Source of the DNA: Thermoanaerobaculia bacterium
GTDB lineage: Bacteria; Acidobacteriota; Thermoanaerobaculia; Multivoradales; JAGPDF01
Assembly (NCBI GenBank): GCA_963719555.1
Contig: CAVRCL010000005.1
Coordinates: forward strand, 332,969 to 396,968
DNA: 64,000 nucleotides
Direction of reading: 5' to 3'
Shown here piece after piece: positions 7,902 to 16,018 of this stretch (position 1 is its first letter; every line of letters starts with the position of its first letter). Position numbers and translations under genes: made by a program. Below the pieces are notes generated by a model. The model was not told where the DNA came from and made no database searches. It worked only from the letters and a program-made list of their open reading frames with translations.

Positions 7902-9503
7902 TTGGCCCACAAGATGCTGATCGAAAGCGATCCGCACGAGACCCGCGTGGCGGTGCTCGAAGAGGATCTGCTGACCGAGATCTACCTCGAGCGCCGCTAC
8001 CATCGCGGCGTCGTCGGCAACGTCTACAAGGGGCGGGTATCCGCGTCTGCCGGGCATGCAGGCGGCGTTCGTCGATATCGGCCTCGAGCGCGACGCCTTC
8101 CTCTACGTCGCCGATGTCTACCTGCCGCGAGACCGATGCCGCGATGCCGCCGACACTGTCGATGCCGGCGATCCCGCGATCGTCGCTGGCGTGCTGCAGG
8201 GCGAAGAGGAGCCCGACCTCGGGCCGAGCGTGCAGGAAGACGACACGCTCTCCGGCGAGGCCCCGCGCTCCGACTACGGCGCCGGGCCGACCATCGACGC
8301 GCTGCTCAAGGTCGGCCAGGAGCTGCTCGTCCAGGTCACCAAGGATCCCCTGCCCAACAAGGGGGCGCGGGTCACGACGCAGGTGACCTTTCCGGGCGGT
8401 TCGTGGTCTTTCTGCCGACGGTCTCGCATGTCGGAGTGTCGCGCAAGATCGAGGACGAGGCCGAGCGGCTTCGCCTGCGCGAGCTCCTCGAGTCGATTCC
8501 GCGCGGCAACGGCTCGCAATGGGGCGCCGGCGGAGTGATCGTGCGCACCGCGGGCGAAGGCAGGAGTGCGGCGGACTTCTCGGCCGACCTGGCCTACCTC
8601 CGCGGGCGCTGGGACGCGGTTCGCATGCGCGCCGAAACGGCGGTGGCGCCGGCGCTGATGCACCAGGACTTCGATCTGGCGCTGCGCCTGGTGCGCGATC
8701 TCTTCTCGGCCGAGTTCTCGCTCCTCTGGGTGGACGGCGAGTCGACTTATGAGCGCATCGTCGAGTTCCTCGACCAGGTGCAGCCCCAGCTGGTGCCGCG
8801 CGTCAAGCTCGATCGCGAGGAGCGCGGACTCTTCGAGCGCTTCGGCATCGAGAAGGAGATCGAGGCCGCGCTCAAGCCGAAAGTCTGGTTGAAATCGGGT
8901 GGCTACCTGGTGATCAACCCGACCGAGGCGCTGGTGGCGATCGACGTCAATACGGGGCGCTTCGTCGGCCAGCACAATCTCGAGGAGACGGCGCTCGCCG
9001 CCAATCTCGAGGCGGTGGAGGAGGCGGTACGCCAGATCCGCCTGCGCGACCTCGGTGGCATCATCGTGCTCGACCTCATCGACATGATCGAGCCCGCCCA
9101 TCGGGAGCAGGTCTCGCACGCCCTCGAGCTCGAGTTGCGCAAGGACCGGGGCAAGCACAAGGTGCTGTCGATCTCGGAGTTCGGGCTGGTACAGATCACC
9201 CGCAAGCGCAGCCGCGCCAATCTCGAGCGCCTGCTCACCCAGACCTGCCCCTACTGCGAAGGCAGCGGCCGGATCAAGTCGGTCGCGACGATCTGTCTCT
9301 CCCTCCGGCGCGCGGCGCTCGCTCTCCGCGGAACGCTGATCTCGAAGGAGATCCTGGTGCGGGTCCACCCCGACGTCGCGCGCATGCTCCAGCGCGAGGA
9401 GCGCGGTGTTCTCGAGGAGATCGAGCGCGAGCTCGCCGTCGGCATCATCCTGCAGGCTGACGCCAAGCTCCATCATTCGAGCTTCGATATCCTCGAAGTG
9501 TGA
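7902..9503 (+). CDS. rng: Rne/Rng-family ribonuclease (RNase G type), with the S1-domain region out of frame
   Basis: N-terminus MLIESDPHETRVAVLEEDLL..GNVYKGRV. C-terminal two thirds (VSRKIEDEAERLRL.., INPTEALVAIDVNTG, IIVLDLIDM) are in frame 0. The canonical LPGMQAAFVDIGLERDAFLY...GQELLVQVTKDPLPNKGARVTTQV stretch is only readable in frame +1 (8041-8397). Confidence 0.85.
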   Translation: MAHKMLIESDPHETRVAVLEEDLLTEIYLERRYHRGVVGNVYKGRVSASAGHAGGVRRYRPRARRLPLRRRCLPAARPMPRCRRHCRCRRSRDRRWRAAGRRGARPRAERAGRRHALRRGPALRLRRRADHRRAAQGRPGAARPGHQGSPAQQGGAGHDAGDLSGRFVVFLPTVSHVGVSRKIEDEAERLRLRELLESIPRGNGSQWGAGGVIVRTAGEGRSAADFSADLAYLRGRWDAVRMRAETAVAPALMHQDFDLALRLVRDLFSAEFSLLWVDGESTYERIVEFLDQVQPQLVPRVKLDREERGLFERFGIEKEIEAALKPKVWLKSGGYLVINPTEALVAIDVNTGRFVGQHNLEETALAANLEAVEEAVRQIRLRDLGGIIVLDLIDMIEPAHREQVSHALELELRKDRGKHKVLSISEFGLVQITRKRSRANLERLLTQTCPYCEGSGRIKSVATICLSLRRAALALRGTLISKEILVRVHPDVARMLQREERGVLEEIERELAVGIILQADAKLHHSSFDILEV

Positions 9504-9552
9504 CCCCTCCTCACGGCGCCCCTACGAGCTTCGATATCCTCGAGGTGTGACC
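9478..9552. repeat. 28-bp direct repeat (1 mismatch) duplicating the rng stop / next-gene start junction
   Basis: cgagcttcgatatcctcgaagtgtgacc at 9478-9505 and cgagcttcgatatcctcgaggtgtgacc at 9525-9552. Copy 1 carries the rng stop codon. Copy 2 carries the GTG (9546) of the kinase-like gene. Confidence 0.85.
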
Positions 9553-10375
9553 TCGATCCCCTTCGCCTGGCCGGGCTTCCGCGGCGAGGCGGCGTCGCAC
9601 CTGGCGGGCGAAGACCTGCCGGCTGCCGCCCTTCGTCTGTTCGATCCCGCCGCGGCCACCGCGACGCTCCACTGGGGGCGCAACTACATCTACCGCGCCA
9701 CGCTCGCAACCGCCCTGGGCGAGACCACGGTGGCGGTGAAGCAGTTCCGCGAGCGGAGTCTCCGCGCCCGGCTGTTGCGGGGGCGCGGCAAGTCAAAAGC
9801 AGCGAAGAGCTTCCGCATGGCGTCGGCCTTCGCGGCGGCGGGGCTCTCGACCCCCGAGCCGCTCTTGTTCGCCGAGGCGATTGCCGGCGCCCCGACCGCG
9901 ATCTTCGTCACCGCCTGTCTCGAAGGGCGTCTCGAACTGCGCTATCTCCTGCGGGCGAGAAACGCCGGCACCGACCGCGAGAGCTTTCCGCGGATCGCCG
10001 CCGCGGCGGCGATTGCGGCGGTGGCGCGCTACGCCCGCCGCATGCACGACGCCGGCTTCTTTCACCGCGACTTCTCGATCGGCAACCTTCTGCTCCAGGA
10101 GGGGAACACCGCGGACGAGGTCGCCGACGTCGCCGTGCTCGATCTCAACCGGTGCCGCCACCAGAGCCGCGTCGGGACGCGAGAGCGCATGCGCGATCTC
10201 TGCCGCTTGCCGCTCGAGCGCCAGGCCGACCGCGAGGCGCTGCTCGCCGCCTACTTCGCGCCAGCGGCTGTGCCGGGGGCCGCGCGACGCAGCTACGAGC
10301 TCGCACGCCGCAGCTTCCTCGGCAAGAACCGGGCGAAGACGCGCCTGCGCGGAGCGCTGGCGAAGGTCAAGATCG
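9546..10375 (+). CDS. Lipopolysaccharide kinase (Kdo/WaaP/InaA) family protein; 3' end undefined because of a frame change
   Basis: In frame 1: HWGRNYIYRATL, VAVKQFRERS, catalytic-loop-like FFHRDFSIGNLLL, VLDLNRC. The frame-1 text degenerates after ..RGALAKVK (about 10370) while frame 2 continues sensibly. Confidence 0.6.
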
Positions 10376-11801
10376 TGGCTCGTGCCGCGAGGTGTTCATG
10401 CCCACATCCCGCCGCCGCCCGAAAATGCGGCGGTCCGCGATCGGGCGGTCTGGGACCGGCTCTCCGACCAGCCGCATCAGCACGCCGGGCGGCTCGCCCG
10501 GGCGCGCATCCGGATCACCGACCTGCCGCAGCACCTGCGGGCGGGGGCCGCCCTCGCCGGAGCGCTGCCGCGCATCCGCCGCCGCTATCGGGAGCTCGCC
10601 GCGCAGGAGCGCCGAGCGCCGCCCGTTGCCGTTCGCCTGGCCGGAGCCGGGAGTCGCACTGCGGCCCTGGCCGGAGAATCCGCGGGCGCTGCTCGCGGCC
10701 TTCGATCGCCTCGGCGCGCGGCGCGCGATGATCCGCCTCCATCCCTGGCAGGTGACGCACGACGACGAGTGGGAGCTCGCCCGCGCGCTCGCCGGGCGCG
10801 GCGTCGAGCTCGCCTTCACGCTGCCGCAGAACCGTGATCTGGTGCGCGATCCGGCGCGCTGGGAAGCCGGCGATCGCGGAGCTCGCCCGCCGCTTCGCGC
10901 CGCTCGGCAAGCGCTTTCAGATCGGGCAGGCGATCAACCGCAGCAAGTGGGGGATCTGGAATTACGACGAGTACTTGGGGCTCGCGGCGCGCGCCGCCGG
11001 GATCCTGCGAGGCGCCGCCGCCGGAGGGACGGGCGCGGATGTCGAGCTCTTCGGGCCGGCGGTGATCGATTTCGAGGCCCATGTGACCGCGGCCGTGGTC
11101 AACATGCGCCCGCCGGCGGAGCTTCCCGATCTGCGCTTCGACGGGCTCGCGAGCCTGCTCTACGTCGATCGCCGCGGAGCGCCGGAGAACCGGCAGCTCG
11201 GTTTCGACACTGCGACAAGGTGCGGCTGCTGGCGGCGATCGCCGGCACGGCGCGGCTGGTGTAGTCGCCGCGGCAGTGGATCTCGGAGGTCAATTGGCCG
11301 CTGCGCGAAGGTCCGCATTCCCCCGCCGGCAAGAGCGTCGCGGTCGACGAGGCGGCGCAGGCCGACTATCTGGTGCGCTACTTCCTGCTCGCCGGAGGCA
11401 GCGGACTCGTCGAACGGATCGACTGGTGGCAACTGGTCGCCAAGGGCTACGGCCTGTGCGATCCGCAGCCCGACGGGAAGCTGCGCGAGCGGCCGTCCTT
11501 CCGCGCCCTGGCGACCCTCATCCGGGAGCTCGCCGGGACGACCTGCCACGGACCGCTCCCGGCGAGCGCCCTGCCGACCGGGGGGCGCGCCTACCGCTTC
11601 ACCCGCGGAGGCGAGGAGATCGTCGTCGCCTGGTCGACCGCCGAGGCGATCGACGGACCGCTGGTATCGCAGCCAGCGGAGCGAGCGGCGGTATCGGAGC
11701 CCTACCGCATCGTCGACCGCGATGGGGACGAGCTCCCGCTCACCGCCGAATCGCGCCGCTGGTGCCCTTCGCCGCGCTATTTCTTCTCCGCCGCTCGCTG
11801 A
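10376..11801 (+). pseudogene. Glycoside-hydrolase-like gene with 3 further frame changes and an in-frame TAG
   Basis: Sensible text runs in frame 2 (..RYRELAAQERRA), then frame 0 from ~10620 (PLPFAWPEPGVALRPWPENPRALLAAFDRLGARRAMIRLHPW..), then frame 1 from ~10865 (AIAELARRFAPLGKRFQIGQAINRSKWGIWNYDEY..), then frame 0 from ~11210 (CDKVRLLAAIAGTARLV). TAG at 11262-11264 is followed in the same frame by SPRQWISEVNWPL...DYLVRYFLLAGGSGLVERIDWWQL. Confidence 0.5.
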
Positions 11802-11870
11802 CCATGGTCGGTAGCCGGAGCTGACCAAAGTCAGGGGCCGCGGGCGCGCCCGACGGGGGACGATGGACCG

Positions 11871-13124
11871 ATGAAGCTCGTTCGCGGTACCGTCCCGGGT
11901 CGAGCGCCCGTGAACTCCCCTTTCGACTCCACCGCCGACGCCCGCGCCGGAGAGCAACTCCTGCTGCTCATGCGGGTCGGGCGCATCATCGCCTCCGATC
12001 TCAAGCTCTTCGACATGCTGCAGAAGACCGCCGACGCGATCCACGAGCTGCTCGGCTACCCGAACGTCGACCTGCCGCTCGTCGACGAGCGTGACCCGGA
12101 GACGCTGGTGGTGCGGATCCGCGGCGGCGCGTACAAGGAGCGCATCCGGCACGAGGACCGCATCCCGGTCTCCCGCGGGGTGATGGGGGCGGCGGTGCGC
12201 GAGCGCCGGACGCAGGTCGTGAACGACATCGCGGCCGACCCGCGCTACGTGCAGCCGCCGTCGGGAATCGCGGTGAAGGCCGAGCTCGCGGTGCCGATCC
12301 TGCATGCCGGCCGGCCGCTCGGGGTGGTCAACGTCGAAGGCGACCGGCCCTTCACCGCGGTCGACGTGCAGCTGCTGGAGCTGGTCGCCGACGCCCTCGC
12401 GGTGGCGATCGAAAACACCCGCCTCTTCGCCCAGGAGCGCCGCCTCGCGGTCCTCGAGGAGCGCCAGCGGCTGGCGCGCGACCTGCACGACTCGGTGACC
12501 CAGCTGCTGTTCAGCTCGACGCTCCTCGCCGAGTCGCTGCCCGGACTGTTGCGCAAGGGCATCGACGAGGCGGCGCCCAAGCTCGAGCGCCTGATCGAGC
12601 TCAACCGCCGGGCGCTCGGCGAGATGCGCGGACTGCTGCGCGAGCTTGCCCCCGGTGGCACGGGAGCCGATTTCTCCAGCCGCGAGCTTCCCGCGCCGGC
12701 GATGGTCATGCTGCAGCGTCACGGTCTCGTCGAGGCGCTGCGCACCGAGCTCGCCACGGTCGCTGCGCAGGGGCTCGGCACCCACCTCGAGGCCTCGACC
12801 TACGAACGCCAGTCGCGCGAGCGCGAGGAGATGTTGCTGCGGGTGGCGCAGGAGGCACTGGCCAACGCCGTCAAGCATGCCGCCGCACGGAACGTGACCG
12901 TCCGCCTGGAGTCACTGGAAGGCGAGGTGGTACTCGCCGTCAAGGACAACGGCCGCGGCTTCGACGCCCGGAGCACCGTGCGTGCCGAGGCCGCGCGCGG
13001 GCGCACCGACGGCGGAATGGGGCTGGCGTCGATGCGTGACAGGATTCGCGGCCAGTTCGGTCAGTTGATCGTCGAAAGCGCTCCGGGGCTCGGCACTACG
13101 GTCGAGGCCCGGCTTCCTCGTTGA
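11871..13124 (+). CDS. GAF-domain sensor histidine kinase (HisKA_3 / NarX-type)
   Basis: N-terminal GAF-like region. H-box ERQRLARDLHDSVTQLLF. HATPase region EALANAVKHAAARNV...DNGRGF...GGMGLASMRDR. Confidence 0.85.
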   Translation: MKLVRGTVPGRAPVNSPFDSTADARAGEQLLLLMRVGRIIASDLKLFDMLQKTADAIHELLGYPNVDLPLVDERDPETLVVRIRGGAYKERIRHEDRIPVSRGVMGAAVRERRTQVVNDIAADPRYVQPPSGIAVKAELAVPILHAGRPLGVVNVEGDRPFTAVDVQLLELVADALAVAIENTRLFAQERRLAVLEERQRLARDLHDSVTQLLFSSTLLAESLPGLLRKGIDEAAPKLERLIELNRRALGEMRGLLRELAPGGTGADFSSRELPAPAMVMLQRHGLVEALRTELATVAAQGLGTHLEASTYERQSREREEMLLRVAQEALANAVKHAAARNVTVRLESLEGEVVLAVKDNGRGFDARSTVRAEAARGRTDGGMGLASMRDRIRGQFGQLIVESAPGLGTTVEARLPR

Positions 13125-13144
13125 CTTCGCCCCGGAGGCCGCTC

Positions 13145-13813
13145 ATGCCCCCCATGCCCAACACCCCCGCCCCGCTCCTTCGCCTGCTGCTGGTCGACGA
13201 TCACGAGATCGTGCGTGAAGGGCTGCGGACGCTCCTCGAACAGGAGGAGGATCTCGAGGTGGTGGGCGAGGCCGAGGACGGCGAGGCGGCCGTCCGCATG
13301 GCCGCCGAGCGCCACCCGGACGTGGTCCTGATGGACGTCATGATGCCCGGCATGGGCGGCATCGAGGCGACCCGCCGCCTGCTCGCGCTGCCTGCGCCGC
13401 CGCACCCGCCGCGCATCCTGATGCTCACCAGCCTGGCCGAAGAGGCCGCCATTCGCGAGGCGGTCGCGGCCGGCGCGATGGGCTACCTGATGAAGGACGT
13501 CTCGCGTGCCGAGCTGGTGCGCGCGGTGCGCGACGCCGCCCGCGACCGTCCGACCCTCCACCCCGAGGCGCAGCGCATCCTGATGAAGCGCCCGGAGAAG
13601 TCGCCGCTCGACGACCTGACGCCGCGCGAACGCTCGGTGCTCGACCTCGTCGCCGAAGGCAAGAGCAATCGCCAGATCGCCAACCGTCTCGGCCTCACCG
13701 AAGGCACCGTCAAAGGCTACGTCTCGATCCTGCTCGACAAACTCGGCGTCCAGGACCGCACCCAGGCGGCCCTCCTCGCCGTGAGCCTCAAACGCACGCC
13801 GCCCACCCGCTGA
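13145..13813 (+). CDS. Response regulator, NarL/FixJ (LuxR-type HTH) family
   Basis: SD ggagg 6 nt upstream of ATG 13145. Receiver domain [14 protein letters not shown]...[51 protein letters not shown]. Confidence 0.9.
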   Translation: MPPMPNTPAPLLRLLLVDDHEIVREGLRTLLEQEEDLEVVGEAEDGEAAVRMAAERHPDVVLMDVMMPGMGGIEATRRLLALPAPPHPPRILMLTSLAEEAAIREAVAAGAMGYLMKDVSRAELVRAVRDAARDRPTLHPEAQRILMKRPEKSPLDDLTPRERSVLDLVAEGKSNRQIANRLGLTEGTVKGYVSILLDKLGVQDRTQAALLAVSLKRTPPTR

Positions 13814-13851
13814 GCGGAGCGCTTACCAGTCTGAGCGGAGCGCTTACCAGT
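13810..13851. repeat. Perfect 21-bp tandem duplication spanning both stop codons of convergent genes
   Basis: ctgagcggagcgcttaccagt occurs twice (13810-13830 and 13831-13851). Copy 1 holds the regulator stop TGA (13811-13813). Copy 2 holds the FG-GAP gene stop TAA (13844-13846, minus strand). Confidence 0.9.
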
Positions 13852-16018
13852 TCGAAGTGTCGCCCGACTCGAAGCCGTCGGCGAAGAGGACGAACAGAGG
13901 GGCTTTGAAAAGCGCCACGCCGGATTCGGTCCCAATGAGGATCTCCGGCACCGTGTTGCCGTCGAAGTCGCCGACGAGGAACGACTCGGCCTGGACGCCG
14001 TAGGAGCCCAGGTGCGGTCCGATGTAAAGGGTCAGGCCGGATTCGCCGTCCTGCACCTCGAAGTGATCTTCGAGGAGCGCCGCGACATCCAAAGTGCCGT
14101 CGCGATCGAAGTCTGCGAAGCCGAAAGCCAGGACCGGGCCTGGAAAGGTGGCAATTGCGGCGCCGACCGCGCCGGTTTTCATATTGAACGAAACGATCTC
14201 GCCGTTCGAGCGCCCCAACAGAAGCTGCGACGGCGGGCCCGTCGACGGAGCCGGAGTCATCGAGTGCACATCGGTGGTCCACGGGCCCGAGACGACGAGA
14301 CCCGACCCGGCGTCGAACGCCCAGACGCGGCTGTCCGGACCGCGGGCCGCACTGGCGAGAACCTCCGGGCGGACATCCCCGAGGATGTCGAGGAAGCTCA
14401 AGCGATAGATGCCTGGATAGGTCGGAACGGCCGGCGGCGTGCGCCACTTGAACCAGCCGTTCTCGCCTTCGAAGGCGTAGACAAGGGCCTCTCGGCTTCC
14501 GACGAGAACCTCCGGGTACCCATCGCCTTCGAGCTCGCCGATGGCGATGGTGTCCTTCCATCCCGGCAGCGGGACCCACCACTGCTCGCTGAAGTCACCG
14601 CCGTCGAAGCAACCGACACCGTTGTCCGAGTAGAGGCAGAGCTCGAGCTGGGCGTCGGCGTCCAATTGTGCCGAGGTGACACCGAGGAAATAGTTGGTTG
14701 GCTGGCCACCCCACTCCGGCGACGCGGCGCGCTTCAGGCGACCGGTCGCGAAAGAGAGGACTAGCGGGGCTCCGCCGGAGTATCCGGACTCTCGCTGGTG
14801 AGCGGCCGTCGCCACCTCGAAGCTGCCGTCACCGAGGAAATCTCCGACTCCGATGCCGAAAAAGGGGCCGCGCCAGTCGTCGGTGCGAGCCTCGACCGTC
14901 CCGGTGTCGCTGCGCCCGACGTATAGATAGTCGGGGCCCGACGAGGAGTACCCCGTAGCCCAGAGGATATTCGGCAGACCGTCGGCGTCGGTATCTCCCG
15001 CCGCGATCCTCATCACGCCGTACTCTGGACTCTCGATGGTTCGAAGCTCCGCCGGGGTGGCGCCGTCGAGGACGTGAATGGGACCCCATTGCACCGCGGA
15101 CCACAGCAGCTCGCTTCCGGGCTCGGCGTCGAGGTTCGCCGCGGCGAGGGCAAAAGCACCGTCTGCGGGTGCCTCCCAGAGTAAGTCGCCGGTCTCCGGG
15201 TCCTGAACGCGAATCCCTCCGCCGGCGACCAGCGAGGCAACCTCGTCATGCCCATCGGCGTCGAAGTCGCTCAGGCAGGGGAGGCCGCCGAAGCCGCTCG
15301 GCTCGGCCCAGTCGACGGTAAGCGACGCGCCGTCCAGGATGAAGCCTCCGGCGGGATTCCCGGCGAGAGCAATCTCCAACGGCAGGTCGGCATCGGTCTG
15401 ACCGATCGCCAGCTCTTCACAGCCGAAGCCGTACTTGATTCGCACCGTCCCCAGGAGCAGCTCGTAGACGTAGAGATCGGTCGAGTCGCACACCACCGCG
15501 TCGAGAACGCCGTCGCCATCGACATCGCCGACCGCGAGAGCCTCGTTGCCGAGCGAGACCGTCGGAAACGACGCCAGCTCGCGGCGGGTGGCACCGTCGT
15601 AGACCGTCAGCGACGAGTGGCCCGCGGCGACGATCCGGGCTCTGCCGGCCTCGAGCCCGCTGGCCAGGCCCACGAGCGCGTCCGCGCGGGGGAGGGAGCT
15701 GTAAGTCTGAACGAGCGCACCGTCCTGGTGCTCAAGCAGGTACCAGTAGCCGTCTTCTGGGCCAGGGTCCGCTGCGACGAGAATTTCCGACCGGCCGTCG
15801 CCGTCGAGATCGCCGACTTCGAGGCCTCTCAACCCGATGCCCTCGCCTGCGACCGACCAGGCCCAGCCGAGATGAAACTCCGTTTCGATCCCGGTGCCAC
15901 CTGCCCAGAGTGGATGCAGCGCTCCCAGAATCAAGCAGCAGGCGGCGATCGAGATCCGTCCTCGCTTCGATGAGCGTGGAATGCGCATTCTGCTTCGGCC
16001 CCTCCGGAAGCTCTTCAC
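13844..16018 (-). CDS. Secreted FG-GAP/VCBS-repeat beta-propeller protein, paralog 1
   Basis: Signal-like N-terminus (MRIPRSSKRGRISIAACCLILGALHPLWA if ATG 15988 is used; the GTG 16018 alternative overlaps the paralog 2 stop). Many ..GD.DGDG..E.. repeats. C-terminal tail PLFVLFADGFESGDTSNW. Confidence 0.8.
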   Translation of the reverse strand: MKSFRRGRSRMRIPRSSKRGRISIAACCLILGALHPLWAGGTGIETEFHLGWAWSVAGEGIGLRGLEVGDLDGDGRSEILVAADPGPEDGYWYLLEHQDGALVQTYSSLPRADALVGLASGLEAGRARIVAAGHSSLTVYDGATRRELASFPTVSLGNEALAVGDVDGDGVLDAVVCDSTDLYVYELLLGTVRIKYGFGCEELAIGQTDADLPLEIALAGNPAGGFILDGASLTVDWAEPSGFGGLPCLSDFDADGHDEVASLVAGGGIRVQDPETGDLLWEAPADGAFALAAANLDAEPGSELLWSAVQWGPIHVLDGATPAELRTIESPEYGVMRIAAGDTDADGLPNILWATGYSSSGPDYLYVGRSDTGTVEARTDDWRGPFFGIGVGDFLGDGSFEVATAAHQRESGYSGGAPLVLSFATGRLKRAASPEWGGQPTNYFLGVTSAQLDADAQLELCLYSDNGVGCFDGGDFSEQWWVPLPGWKDTIAIGELEGDGYPEVLVGSREALVYAFEGENGWFKWRTPPAVPTYPGIYRLSFLDILGDVRPEVLASAARGPDSRVWAFDAGSGLVVSGPWTTDVHSMTPAPSTGPPSQLLLGRSNGEIVSFNMKTGAVGAAIATFPGPVLAFGFADFDRDGTLDVAALLEDHFEVQDGESGLTLYIGPHLGSYGVQAESFLVGDFDGNTVPEILIGTESGVALFKAPLFVLFADGFESGDTSNW

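Noticed and set aside
8037-8400. Possibility that the frame changes represent programmed ribosomal frameshifting.
   Set aside because: There is no slippery heptamer or downstream structure at any shift site. The shifts go in both directions, often in pairs, and also hit genes never known to use recoding (argC, wzt).
8274-9476. 400-aa minus-strand ORF antisense to rng.
   Set aside because: Its composition (many Arg, Leu, Glu, Asp, Ala and Gly) mirrors codon position 3 of rng and shows no motif. The rng frame has clear RNase E/G motifs.
11160-12878. 572-aa minus-strand ORF antisense to the hydrolase-like gene and the histidine kinase.
   Set aside because: It is a shadow ORF. The plus-strand frame carries the H-box and HATPase motifs.
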